The position numbers were made by a program, and so were the translations under genes. Shown one piece after another: positions 36,524 through 45,933 of a DNA stretch of 64,000 nt; position 1 is the stretch's first letter; every line of letters begins with the position of its first letter. The notes under the pieces are model-generated. The model was not told the DNA's origin. It did no database searches and worked only from the letters and a program-made list of their open reading frames with translations. Source of the stretch: a virus. Its lineage: Duplodnaviria; Caudoviricetes. The stretch lies in IMG/VR virus record IMGVR_UViG_3300026493_000002; one strand, 5' to 3'.

Positions 36524-37228
36524 ATGAATATCAGCAGCGACAAAGTCCTCATCCGCTCCCATTTCACCGCGCCGCCGAAAGCTATCCTGTGGAACGATGG
36601 CAGCTTCCCGACGTCCTCCCTCAATCTTCCCGATGGCGTCTACCTTCCGAGTCACGAAGACCTCGAACGCGCGCTGTATCGCCGAGAGAATCGTGTCGGT
36701 ACGGACAACGACATTCCCCATTGGTCCACCTGCGCAAAGATCGAAACGGCACGAGGCACAGCCGTCGTGTTTCCCGGCGATTGGCTGGTTTCAGACTTGA
36801 CGCGCACTCTCGACGTGCCGTACAGGTGGACGGTGATGACGCCGATGCAGTACATGCGTTATCAGGAGACAGTCTTCTTGATGGAGGACCTGCTACAGGC
36901 TTCGGTCAGCGAAATACCAGACCTGATCGAACGTCTGGCGGTTCTCACCGACCTGTCTTCTGACTACGAGCCGACCAAGTGTTCTGGCTCTTGCGAAGGC
37001 GTGATGTTCCCGATCGAGGCCAGTACCTACATCCGTTGCGAAGCTGGCACTCTGGAGATAACGGGTATTCCTCGCGCTCGCTGCTGCCTCTGCCGTACTC
37101 CGGTCACTCTCAGCTATCAGCAGCGTGCTGGACAGCGCATCGTTGAGAAGTTCAAACAAGAGAACCTGGACGACGGCAGGCTGATCGTGCGACCCACTTC
37201 GGTTGTGCGGAGGGAGTATGAAACCTAA
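36524..37228 (+). CDS. hypothetical protein with C-terminal YgiT/MqsA-type zinc finger
   Basis: CSGSC.....LEITGIPRARCCLCRTPV; N-terminal IETARG..VVFPGDW. Confidence 0.55.
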   Translation: MNISSDKVLIRSHFTAPPKAILWNDGSFPTSSLNLPDGVYLPSHEDLERALYRRENRVGTDNDIPHWSTCAKIETARGTAVVFPGDWLVSDLTRTLDVPYRWTVMTPMQYMRYQETVFLMEDLLQASVSEIPDLIERLAVLTDLSSDYEPTKCSGSCEGVMFPIEASTYIRCEAGTLEITGIPRARCCLCRTPVTLSYQQRAGQRIVEKFKQENLDDGRLIVRPTSVVRREYET

Positions 37229-37370
37229 TCGCCGCGTCGATCACGGGATGCAAAACACGATTAACGCTGCTGCCCGTCTCGGCTTGGCCCTTGCCGCGTG
37301 GTCGTATCCAAGTCTCGGTCGTCGCAAGCAGAAGTCGAAGTACACCCGTAAGAAGGGAAAGCGTAAGTGA
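37218..37370 (+). CDS. 50 aa basic protein (not in the ORF track)
   Basis: GGGAG RBS, ATG 37218 to TGA 37370; ends RRKQKSKYTRKKGKRK. Confidence 0.55.
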   Translation: MKPNRRVDHGMQNTINAAARLGLALAAWSYPSLGRRKQKSKYTRKKGKRK

Positions 37371-37384
37371 CCTAGGCTGCCCAA

Positions 37385-37392
37385 TCTGTAAA
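37385..37392 (+). promoter_or_regulatory. TCTGTAAA candidate phage promoter
   Basis: Intergenic, 35 nt before ATG 37427. Confidence 0.6.
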
Positions 37393-37426
37393 CAGACCTA
37401 CAGAGACAGGCACAGCCTGAATAGAA

Positions 37427-37927
37427 ATGGAGAGAGGTATGCAGTCTTACCGCGTGACGGCCAGTGATTACAACATCCGCGAAATGGCGCAGCGGTTTGA
37501 GTCTTACGCGCACGCCAAAGTTTTCAGTCCGAGCTTCAAGGATGCCTTGCACCTTACGCCGAGTCGGGATCCAGGCTATCTGGAAATCATCGTCACCGGC
37601 ATTGACTGCGACTCCGTAGTCATTCGCGCAGACAGCATCGCTTTCGAGTGCGATTCGATTTACGCGAAGGTCGGCGACTACGAATTCGAGGAGTATCACT
37701 ACCCGTTGACCACCGAGGGCGGCTGGTGTCGCGTCGCCTACGAACAGTGGGAACTCGCCGGCCGTAAGGGCCCGATCAAGAGCCGGCTGATGGCCGAGAA
37801 GTGGTTCGACGATTCCATCGACTTGATTGAGGAACGTGCGCTGTGGGTTCGCAACTCGGTGCAGGCCTTCGCCTTCAACGCCGAGCGCGAAGTCCACTTC
37901 ATCGTACAGGAAATGTTCAAGGACTAG
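37427..37927 (+). CDS. hypothetical protein
   Basis: 166 aa ORF. Confidence 0.65.
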   Translation: MERGMQSYRVTASDYNIREMAQRFESYAHAKVFSPSFKDALHLTPSRDPGYLEIIVTGIDCDSVVIRADSIAFECDSIYAKVGDYEFEEYHYPLTTEGGWCRVAYEQWELAGRKGPIKSRLMAEKWFDDSIDLIEERALWVRNSVQAFAFNAEREVHFIVQEMFKD

Positions 37928-37930
37928 ACC

Positions 37931-38503
37931 GTGCCGTACCACAAACCACAATTCGTTCGTGACATTGACGGGAACAAGCTCGACCTTGCACGGTGCGACT
38001 GGACGACCAACGTCTACGCACCGGAAGCAGTTGAGATACTCTGGCCTATCACCGTAGTGCAGGAGTTCCTTTGCGCATGTGGTGAGATTCGCTACGCATC
38101 GGAGTCGATTGGCGAACCCTGCGAGAGCCCAGCCTTCGATAGCCTCGACTATCACTGCCCGAAGTGCCGCACGTACTACAAGAAACTCTGGCGTGTGCCG
38201 CAGCGAGACAGACTGCGCATCGGTTTCATCCCTTGGCTTTCCGAAGCGGACTACCGTCGCATGTATATGCCCGGCGAGGCCCCGTCCTACAAGAAGGTCA
38301 AGGGAGGCAAGATCAAGGCGACCATCGAGTCGCGCAAGCCCGATAGCAAGCTGTTCTCCGAGTGGTCCATCGCCGATGAAGCTATCGGCGCGAGCCTGCC
38401 CGATGTTGAACGTCACGTTGAGGCCTTCCTTGCGTGGAACGGACACTACGAAACCTATTACAACCTCACGGGCTGGGAAGTCCGTGTCCTTTGGAAAAAG
38501 TGA
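37931..38503 (+). CDS. hypothetical protein with zinc-binding motif
   Basis: CACG...YHCPKC. Confidence 0.65.
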   Translation: MPYHKPQFVRDIDGNKLDLARCDWTTNVYAPEAVEILWPITVVQEFLCACGEIRYASESIGEPCESPAFDSLDYHCPKCRTYYKKLWRVPQRDRLRIGFIPWLSEADYRRMYMPGEAPSYKKVKGGKIKATIESRKPDSKLFSEWSIADEAIGASLPDVERHVEAFLAWNGHYETYYNLTGWEVRVLWKK

Positions 38504-38511
38504 GAGCCCAT

Positions 38512-39327
38512 ATGAACCACCCGAACAATCCGCATGGCAATCGTTTCGTGCGCAAGACCAACAAGGTCACGACCACCAAACAGATCCTGGCCCAGATCGA
38601 CCGCGCCCTGCCGCGTGACTACTACGAAGGTCGCAAGACGCGCACGACGCAGTACAAGCTTGGCGTCGGCTCCATCTGGGAATGCCGTCTGTTCCACATC
38701 AAGGACGTGTTCGACAGCCAGGTACGTCAGCGCGTCGAAGGTACGCCGTACGATGCACACGTCCACGTGAATCGTCTCGACAACGCCTTCAAGAGCCTGC
38801 GCCATCAGCTGCTGGACGTGATTTCCGATCACGGTGTGTACGACCTGGATTCCAACCTGGTCCAAGTCACGATCACCAGCGGCAAGTTCGGCGAAGTTCT
38901 CTCCGTCACGATCCAGGTGCATCTGGACTCGGCGGGCAATGCCGTGGTTCCGTCCCCGAGCGACTACACCCCGCCGGTGTTTGCCGAGAAGGCCAAGACC
39001 GACACCGATCCGCTGCTGGACGATGACGAGCATGATGGCCCTGCGTTCCTCGTGACGCCCAAGGAAATCACCTCGCTGGAAGGGCTGACGGCCAAGCAGC
39101 GTCTGCTCAAGCTGCGCGTCGGCCATATCGTGTCGTACCGCACCAACGGCCTAAATGGTCCGAAGCGCATCGGCTTTGTGCGTGAAGTCAACGGCGTCAA
39201 GGGTCCGATCAACTTGCCTCAGCAGGCTGTGCAGATCCTGGACAAGAACCGTCGTCGCACGTGGGTGAGCGCGCTCGCAGTCGTCTGCATCTACGGTGAC
39301 CTGACGAAGGCACTGGCCAAGTTCTAA
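38512..39327 (+). CDS. hypothetical protein with C-terminal SH3/KOW-like barrel
   Basis: Strong codon bias; LRVGHIVSYR...GFVREV. Confidence 0.65.
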   Translation: MNHPNNPHGNRFVRKTNKVTTTKQILAQIDRALPRDYYEGRKTRTTQYKLGVGSIWECRLFHIKDVFDSQVRQRVEGTPYDAHVHVNRLDNAFKSLRHQLLDVISDHGVYDLDSNLVQVTITSGKFGEVLSVTIQVHLDSAGNAVVPSPSDYTPPVFAEKAKTDTDPLLDDDEHDGPAFLVTPKEITSLEGLTAKQRLLKLRVGHIVSYRTNGLNGPKRIGFVREVNGVKGPINLPQQAVQILDKNRRRTWVSALAVVCIYGDLTKALAKF

Positions 39328-39337
39328 GGAGTAGTAC

Positions 39338-39667
39338 ATGGGACGCATCGACCTTGTCGAGATTCGCCGTAGACAGGCTGCACGCGAGAAACAGAAGAGA
39401 CGCGAAGTGTTCGTTCGCACCCGATTGAAGAACTGGCGCTGGTACGTGTGGCTGCCGGTCGGAATCCCGTTCGGCCTATTCGTCATTCTCTTCTCCTACT
39501 CGGTTGAGGGCCTGAACGCGGTGTCGCGCTTCTTCTCCAATCTGGAGAATCGCTTTGACAGGTCGATCCGTCCATACACCGGCCTCGTTCTCAAATGGCT
39601 CAACGCGCCGTACGAGAAGAAGAAGCCGAACACAGTCACCGACGACGAGGAGGAAGACGATGAATGA
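39338..39667 (+). CDS. membrane protein
   Basis: AAGGAG RBS; hydrophobic WYVWLPVGIPFGLFVILFSY segment. Confidence 0.65.
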   Translation: MGRIDLVEIRRRQAAREKQKRREVFVRTRLKNWRWYVWLPVGIPFGLFVILFSYSVEGLNAVSRFFSNLENRFDRSIRPYTGLVLKWLNAPYEKKKPNTVTDDEEEDDE

Positions 39668-39911
39668 TCGGGCACCCAGCTATCCGGAACATGACCGCAC
39701 GTCGTGCAACGAATCGAACCCCAACATCAATGCAACGGCTGATGGCAGCACCGGTTGCGCGCGCTGCACTGCGCTCCTGCTGGAACGTGAGACGATGACT
39801 GCCGAATTCCTGGCAGCCTACGCAAAGGGCACGCGCAAGGGTCGTGACGCTTCGCCTCTCCAGAAGACGGAGCTCATTACCAGCCTGCTCGAACTTTACG
39901 GGCTGCGCTGA
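39660..39911 (+). CDS. hypothetical protein
   Basis: GAGGAGG RBS, ATGA-type overlap, CARC motif. Confidence 0.65.
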   Translation: MNDRAPSYPEHDRTSCNESNPNINATADGSTGCARCTALLLERETMTAEFLAAYAKGTRKGRDASPLQKTELITSLLELYGLR

Positions 39912-40324
39912 TGACCGGTAGCCTTCACTCCGCATGGATGGTAGTGCTGCATGTTCCTGGCAAACCTGACGTGCCGCACGTACTCATGCTAGGCAACAAG
40001 AGTCCGCAGCTGTCTGCCCAGATCCGCAGCATCCAATACTTCAAGCGGCGGGAGGCTGATCGGGTGGGCCTCACGTCCCGTTTCAGCCTCGGGCTTGGCG
40101 AGTATATGCGCCTGTCAAAGCTGATCCGGTACTGCTCGGTAACCCCTATTAGCACCCAAAACGGCCAGTGCGAAAGGCTCCCTTTTGACAGCTTGGCGTG
40201 TGTAGAGCGTGAACACGGTCCAATCGACACCTGGGCGCAATGTGAGAGCATTTGGGAGCTATACCGCGCCATCGGCTATAACCGCAAAAGAAAGCGGTAT
40301 GATGAACCGGAGACAGTCGAATGA
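39911..40324 (+). CDS. hypothetical protein
   Basis: TGATG coupling. Confidence 0.55.
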   Translation: MTGSLHSAWMVVLHVPGKPDVPHVLMLGNKSPQLSAQIRSIQYFKRREADRVGLTSRFSLGLGEYMRLSKLIRYCSVTPISTQNGQCERLPFDSLACVEREHGPIDTWAQCESIWELYRAIGYNRKRKRYDEPETVE

Positions 40325-40542
40325 AGCTCTATGCGTTTTACCCGGACAGCTACTACCCGACCAGCGCCGTGGTGCTAGCTGAGGACCGCGAAACCGCGAA
40401 GCAGTTGATCCGTGCTGAGGTGTTGAAGGAGTACGCGTATCTCGAGGACGGCAATGGCGTTTTTCCGTCAATAGACGAAATGCTCGAACACTACACCAAG
40501 ACCGCGCCGCCCGGAACCGTCATCACGATGCCGCAGTCGTGA
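40321..40542 (+). CDS. small hypothetical protein
   Basis: ATGA overlap, 73 aa. Confidence 0.65.
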   Translation: MKLYAFYPDSYYPTSAVVLAEDRETAKQLIRAEVLKEYAYLEDGNGVFPSIDEMLEHYTKTAPPGTVITMPQS

Positions 40543-40895
40543 AGGACCTTGTGATCTTCGCCGTAACGGGCGGTCGCGACTACATCGACAAGCAGAAGGT
40601 ATGGGACAAGCTGGACAAGTTCTGGCTCAAGTACCGATTCAACTACCTGCTGCACGGCGGCGCATCAGGTGTTGACAGCTTCGCCGATGCTTGGTGCGAT
40701 ACCAAACCGGGCGTGCAGTCGCTGTGCGCTCGGGCACACTGGAACCGCGATCAAAAGGCAGCTGGTCCGATCCGCAACGGTATGATGGGTCGCCTGATGC
40801 CGCTGCGTCTCGTGGCATTCCCCGGCGGTACAGGCACCGCTCACATGCGCCGAACGGCAGAACGCCTCGGCATCAAGATCATCAACGTCAAGTAG
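40539..40895 (+). CDS. SLOG/YspA-like (DUF2493) protein
   Basis: VTGGRDY...LLHGGASGVD...W....AAGPIRNGMM...VAFPGGTGTAHM. Confidence 0.85.
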   Translation: MKDLVIFAVTGGRDYIDKQKVWDKLDKFWLKYRFNYLLHGGASGVDSFADAWCDTKPGVQSLCARAHWNRDQKAAGPIRNGMMGRLMPLRLVAFPGGTGTAHMRRTAERLGIKIINVK

Positions 40896-40903
40896 AGGCA
40901 CCA

Positions 40904-41197
40904 ATGCGTCGTCAGAAGGGATTCACTCTCACTCAGGTTTCCGTCGTCATCCTGTTGCTGGCCATCTTCCTCACGCTCACTTCGGATATCATCCCGCTGC
41001 GTATGCGTGAGGAGCGTGCGATCAAGGCTGTGCAGTCGGCTGGCATGACGAACGTCCAGCTTGGCGGCGTTGCCTTCTTGGGTTGCAAGGGCGAGAAGTT
41101 CCGTCGCAAGTTCGTCGCCGTCAATGCGCAGAATCAGACCGTGACTGGCGTAGTCTGCGGCGGCTGGTTCAGCGACGACACCATTCGATACCACTGA
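40904..41197 (+). CDS. small protein with type IV prepilin-like N-terminus
   Basis: MRRQKG/FTLTQVSVVILLLAIF resembles a class III signal (E5 is Q); two Cys in the C-terminal domain. Confidence 0.6.
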   Translation: MRRQKGFTLTQVSVVILLLAIFLTLTSDIIPLRMREERAIKAVQSAGMTNVQLGGVAFLGCKGEKFRRKFVAVNAQNQTVTGVVCGGWFSDDTIRYH

Positions 41198-41204
41198 GGT
41201 CACC

Positions 41205-41864
41205 ATGCTGCTGATTCGACCCGAAACCGAACGTCACCGTGGCATTCTGGAACTCCAGAGAGGCGATGACTTCTCGCACAAGCAATACGTCAAGCGCATC
41301 CTCGATCCGGTCACGGGCTTCCGCGCTTTCAACGCCTACCTCGACTTCAACCAGGAGGGTCCGAACTGGATCACCTTCTCCTGCGAGCATTACGATCACG
41401 GCGCACGCGAGGAACTGGAGCTCACTCGCAAGGTGATGCAGACCAAGACCGGCGACAAGGGCGACTGCGCACGTGCCGCGATTGCGACCTATCTCGGCCT
41501 GCCCCTCAGTGCCGTGCCCGACTTCATCGAGACGTCCGACGGTATCGCACGCAACTTCTGGATGGACATTGAGGAGTTCTTCGAGGACAGAGGCTTCTCA
41601 TTCGTGGAGACCAGGCTGGTGCGTGAGTTCGCGGGCGAGGAACGACGCACGGCACCCGCAGGCCTGTGGCTGGCGTCGGGCACCACCGTGAGGTCCGAGA
41701 GCAACAACAAGACCCACATGGTCGTGATGAAGGGCTTCGACCTCTACCACGATCCGCACCCGAGCAACGCCGGTCTGTTGAAGATCAATCACGGCTGGAT
41801 AGCCCAGCTGAGTAGCGTCATCGACGTTGCCTCGTTCGGTCGCCAAGTGACCATAGTACCGTGA
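41205..41864 (+). CDS. papain-like fold (peptidase C39-like) protein
   Basis: Q..TGDKGDCARAAIATYLG..VPDF...THMVV...LYHDPHP, Cys-His-Asp arrangement. Confidence 0.55.
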   Translation: MLLIRPETERHRGILELQRGDDFSHKQYVKRILDPVTGFRAFNAYLDFNQEGPNWITFSCEHYDHGAREELELTRKVMQTKTGDKGDCARAAIATYLGLPLSAVPDFIETSDGIARNFWMDIEEFFEDRGFSFVETRLVREFAGEERRTAPAGLWLASGTTVRSESNNKTHMVVMKGFDLYHDPHPSNAGLLKINHGWIAQLSSVIDVASFGRQVTIVP

Positions 41865-41912
41865 CCACTGAGCGGCATCCGGCAGAGACGCTGGGTGCCG
41901 CTCTGTCGTTTC

Positions 41913-42047
41913 CGGCATCTGTCAAACCCGAGTGACAGCCCACGTGAGGCACGCTCAGACGTAGCCCTTGACACGTCTAACAGCGTGTGTTATACTGTAA
42001 GTGAGCAGCGACTAGACGCCACGACGATTCGGGTTTGACAGATGCCG
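41913..42047. repeat. perfect 19-bp inverted repeat bracketing a promoter
   Basis: CGGCATCTGTCAAACCCGA (41913-41931) and its reverse complement (42029-42047). Confidence 0.9.
41968..41996 (+). promoter_or_regulatory. sigma70-type early promoter P1
   Basis: TTGACA-17 nt-TATACT with extended TG. Confidence 0.9.
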
Positions 42048-42091
42048 CTCAGTGACACTCACACAAAAACGACAACACAGAGAGCTACGCA

Positions 42092-42610
42092 ATGGCTAAG
42101 AAGACGAACACCCCGGCAGCACAGCAGATTCAGGGCACGCGCGTTGTGATTCCGAAGGAGGCCTATCAGGGCCTGCCCGCAGTGCGCTTCCCCAACGACG
42201 GCGGTTACTCCACGGTAGTAGGCGTAGGCAAGACGGGCGAGTATTGCAGCTGGAAGAAGGCACGCGATGCGACGAAGCACCGCAGCGGGTTTACTGTCAT
42301 CGGCAACGCGCTGGTCGTCGGCAGCTACGAGGCATCGGGTCAGTCGATTGCCAAGTTCCTGGCGTCGCACGGTCTGACCGCGAAGGCGGACGCCGGCAGC
42401 CTCTCGGGTTTGCCCATCCCGGCAACGGGCAACACGCGCCGCTGGGCCACGCAGGCTGAGACTGACGCCTACGTCAAGGCCGAGTGCGAAATGCGCCGCA
42501 AGATGCTGGGCAAGGCAGTCGCCTACGCGAACGCACAGCGGCGCAAGGCAGAGAAGATGCTGGTCGAGGCGCAGCGCACGCTCGACGCCTGGTCCAATCT
42601 GGACTGCTGA
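42092..42610 (+). CDS. hypothetical early protein
   Basis: First gene after P1. Confidence 0.7.
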   Translation: MAKKTNTPAAQQIQGTRVVIPKEAYQGLPAVRFPNDGGYSTVVGVGKTGEYCSWKKARDATKHRSGFTVIGNALVVGSYEASGQSIAKFLASHGLTAKADAGSLSGLPIPATGNTRRWATQAETDAYVKAECEMRRKMLGKAVAYANAQRRKAEKMLVEAQRTLDAWSNLDC

Positions 42611-42699
42611 TCGCATCACGGTGGAGGGGCCTCGCGCTCCTCCATCGGTCAAACCCGAATACCACATCCCATATCAGACTACATATCAAGGACACCACA

Positions 42700-43395
42700 A
42701 TGGCTACCACCAAGACCGCTGCCTCCGTCAAGACCGCCGCTGCCAAGAAGCTCGCTACTGCCACCAAGACTGCCGGGTTCAACGCCGTCGGTGAGTCAAA
42801 CCCGAGCGCCGAGCGCCGCATGACGGCAGCCGACCGCAAGGCGCGCATCCAGCGCATGGCCAAGCTCATGTTCAACAGCGAACTGCGCATCCTGATCGAC
42901 GAGGTGGACACCAGAAAGCACTCGCATGGCGGCCGCGCCCTCTGGCGCTTGGCCCAGACCGGCGAGGTGTTCACGGTGCACACGTCCCACGACGGCGTCG
43001 AGACCGGCCTGGAGATTTCGGCGTACCTCGCGAACGAACTGTACGACTCGGGTTTGGTCATCCGCCGGGCCATCAACGGTGCCGACCAGCTGCTGCACGC
43101 ATGGGAGGACACCGCCGGCTTCAACAACCCGAGCCGCAACTACGGCCTGCCGGGCGCCATGAAGGTGTCGGACCTCAAGCCGGGCGCCATGCTGACCGTC
43201 CGCTTCCTCGACACCGAAGAAGACGAACCCGCAATTCTGATCAGCCGCGACAGCATCGACCGCAAGAACAAGTCCGGCTACGAGTACAGCGCCAAGGTGC
43301 TGTCGCGCGATGCCGACGGTGACTGGACCGCACGCAGCATTGGCTGGCACCAGATCATGATGCACAACGGCATGGTCAAGACCTTCCGCGACTGA
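42700..43395 (+). CDS. hypothetical early protein, A/K/T-rich N-terminus, SH3-like C-terminus
   Basis: AAGGA RBS, ATG 42700. Confidence 0.7.
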   Translation: MATTKTAASVKTAAAKKLATATKTAGFNAVGESNPSAERRMTAADRKARIQRMAKLMFNSELRILIDEVDTRKHSHGGRALWRLAQTGEVFTVHTSHDGVETGLEISAYLANELYDSGLVIRRAINGADQLLHAWEDTAGFNNPSRNYGLPGAMKVSDLKPGAMLTVRFLDTEEDEPAILISRDSIDRKNKSGYEYSAKVLSRDADGDWTARSIGWHQIMMHNGMVKTFRD

Positions 43396-43475
43396 CCGCT
43401 GGCGAGTGACACAAACGAGGGGCGTCGGGCATTGGCTCGCCGCCCCTCTTGGCGCAAACCCGAATGGACACACCG

Positions 43476-44159
43476 ATGACGACCGCAACCCCGACCGCAC
43501 CGAGCAAACCCGAACTGAGCCGCGCCACCGACGGCCTGCCGATCTACACCGCTGCCACGCAGATCGAACGCGAGCATGGCCCCGACTTCGCCATCCAGAT
43601 GCCGGCACCCTTCGGGTATGCAACCCTCCTGGTTGCGTGCAGTGACGTTACCCCGCTTCGCGTCTGGAAGCTGCACGCCGACTACGTGCGTCAGGGACCG
43701 ATCCACGTCGGCTACATCCCGTACGCCAAGTGTCGTCCCCACATCGACAACGAGTTCAGCCCTGGCTGCCTCATGCGCTCGCACAACCCCGGGTGCGAGT
43801 TTGACGACCGGGACGCATACGCTTACAACGAACCCGAGGCGCTCTTCCTGTTGAGCCGCGTACATCCGCGCTACGGCATGAACCCGGACCGCATGGGTCT
43901 GCCGCTGCCCGAAGGCGTCACACCCGAACACCTGACGGTAGGCACGCGCGTGCTGCTCCGCTTCACCGACCGCCGCGACCGTGAGGGCATCATCACTCGG
44001 GTTGCTCCTCCGGGAAACATCGGCGACGCGGCTCTGCCGATGCGCGCCATGGTCGACAACTCCTCTGACGAGGACGCGTACCCCGTGTTCAGCGAAGTCA
44101 CTGCCGACTACCGACAGGTCGTCAAGGTCCTCGGCAAAATCAAGCTCCCGATTCTCTAA
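43476..44159 (+). CDS. hypothetical early protein, SH3-like C-terminus
   Basis: Start uncertain (43464 or 43476). Confidence 0.65.
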   Translation: MTTATPTAPSKPELSRATDGLPIYTAATQIEREHGPDFAIQMPAPFGYATLLVACSDVTPLRVWKLHADYVRQGPIHVGYIPYAKCRPHIDNEFSPGCLMRSHNPGCEFDDRDAYAYNEPEALFLLSRVHPRYGMNPDRMGLPLPEGVTPEHLTVGTRVLLRFTDRRDREGIITRVAPPGNIGDAALPMRAMVDNSSDEDAYPVFSEVTADYRQVVKVLGKIKLPIL

Positions 44160-44194
44160 TCCGCTGTCCAAACTACAACAAGGCATAGACCACA

Positions 44195-45700
44195 ATGAAC
44201 ACCAAGACCAAGACCACCAAAGAAGCCGGCCGCGCGATGAAGAAGAAAAAGAACCCGGTCGCCGCAGCGCAGAAGGCAGCAGTCGTGAAGAAGGCGGTTG
44301 CCAAACCCGAATCCAAGATCGGCCTTGCGGGACGCGGTCAGGCCGTCATCATGTGCGGTGGCCTGACTCTGGAGCAGTCGCTCGAAAAGATCCGTGAACT
44401 CCCGAGCGCATCGGTGATCCAAGCCGAAGTGCTGTGGAACACTGACTTCTCGATCACGCCGAAGACGAGAAAGAAGTGGCGCACGGCCGCATCCGCCGTC
44501 CTCCTCGCCGACCTCATTGAGGAGCTCAGCCAGGATTCGATCATCGACACGCGCGAGTATCTGGCCGCGTTGCAGAACGATATCGGTATCATCCGCTGGA
44601 CCAAACCCGCTGCAAAGAAAAAGCAGGCTACTCCCGTGTCGACGCCTGCACCGCTTCCGTCCGTCCCCACGCCGAACGCGGTGATTATCGGCGGCCGCAC
44701 GTTCACCCAGATCCTCCAGATCTTTGGCGCCATGCCGCAGAAGACGATGAACTCGGTGGTCGCCACGTGGAACGAATGGGAGGACGAGATTAACCGCGGC
44801 CCCAACGTGACCCGTGCGAAGCTGACGCCCGAAGAGTTCACTGCCCACCTGCAGAAGGTGTACGACGGCCCTAACGGGTTTGAAACCGTACGCGGGTTCT
44901 GCCACTACCTGATGCACGAAGAGGGCCTGATCGACTGGAACAAGACCAAGCTGCCGCTGCCGCTGCCCGAAGAGTTCTTCGCCGAAGCTCCCGAAGAGCG
45001 CAAAATACCGTCCAAAGCCGTCATCCAGGCAGCCGCCAGGGCGTCGAAAAAGGGCAGTGGCGTACACAATACGAGTTGCTCCCAGTTGAACAAGATTCGC
45101 ACCGAAACCGTCGCGGCTCTTGTCATGCGTGGTGCCGATCCCCAAAAGCTGGGCCTGGCACCGCAGTCGCACCATGCCAACGCGATCTGCGAATCCGAGG
45201 CGGTCGAGGCCGTCACCGTCCAGTACATCAATCATCGTATGATGGAAGTGGTGATGATCCTCGGCCCTCTCGGCAAGTCCAAGACGTACCGTGCGCTGTC
45301 GGCAACCGGTGACGAAATGTGGGTGCATCCCGCGCAGATCGTCAACGTGCGGGAAGACGTGACGGTCGGCTTTGCCGAAGTCCTCGAGGCCGCCAACGAC
45401 CAACTCCACCTGGGTCGCAATCCCACCGCACTCCTCTACTTCATGAAGGAGTACAACGCCTACCTGACCTACGGCGGCAACGTCTACACCGCAGGCAGCC
45501 GCGTGCCGTTGTTCACCGCCGACAAGTCGGTCATCAAGGATCTGGAGAATCAGCCGGGTGTCGTCGAGCGCCTGATCTGGGACAAGGGCAGCGACCTGTG
45601 CAAGGTGCTGTGCGTCGAATCCGATCCGGTCGTCCGCAAGCTGCAGGTCGAAATCAACTTCGAGGATCGCGCTCGCAAGCTCGAAGACGTCCTGAACTGA
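44195..45700 (+). CDS. hypothetical protein (501 aa)
   Basis: Long codon-biased ORF, followed by a terminator. Confidence 0.75.
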   Translation: MNTKTKTTKEAGRAMKKKKNPVAAAQKAAVVKKAVAKPESKIGLAGRGQAVIMCGGLTLEQSLEKIRELPSASVIQAEVLWNTDFSITPKTRKKWRTAASAVLLADLIEELSQDSIIDTREYLAALQNDIGIIRWTKPAAKKKQATPVSTPAPLPSVPTPNAVIIGGRTFTQILQIFGAMPQKTMNSVVATWNEWEDEINRGPNVTRAKLTPEEFTAHLQKVYDGPNGFETVRGFCHYLMHEEGLIDWNKTKLPLPLPEEFFAEAPEERKIPSKAVIQAAARASKKGSGVHNTSCSQLNKIRTETVAALVMRGADPQKLGLAPQSHHANAICESEAVEAVTVQYINHRMMEVVMILGPLGKSKTYRALSATGDEMWVHPAQIVNVREDVTVGFAEVLEAANDQLHLGRNPTALLYFMKEYNAYLTYGGNVYTAGSRVPLFTADKSVIKDLENQPGVVERLIWDKGSDLCKVLCVESDPVVRKLQVEINFEDRARKLEDVLN

Positions 45701-45711
45701 TCCATCCCAAG

Positions 45712-45741
45712 GCCCCTGCCCTAACCCGGCAGGGGCTTTTT
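45712..45741 (+). terminator. intrinsic terminator
   Basis: GCCCCTGCC/GGCAGGGGC stem followed by TTTTT. Confidence 0.9.
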
Positions 45742-45825
45742 CGTTGTGGTGAAGATACCGTGAAATCTCAAACCCGAACTGTTCGCCTCTGAGGCGCTGT
45801 CTGACACGGCTTGTTAGCAAGACTC

Positions 45826-45854
45826 TTGACGACTCTAACAGACTGTGTTATACT
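45826..45854 (+). promoter_or_regulatory. sigma70-type early promoter P2
   Basis: TTGACG-17 nt-TATACT with extended TG; spacer shares TCTAACAG..TGTGT with P1. Confidence 0.88.
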
Positions 45855-45933
45855 GAAAGTGCGACGAATCTAACAGAAACAACGATTCGGGTTTGCGATC
45901 CTACCAAAACTACAACATCAAGGAATTGCTAAA

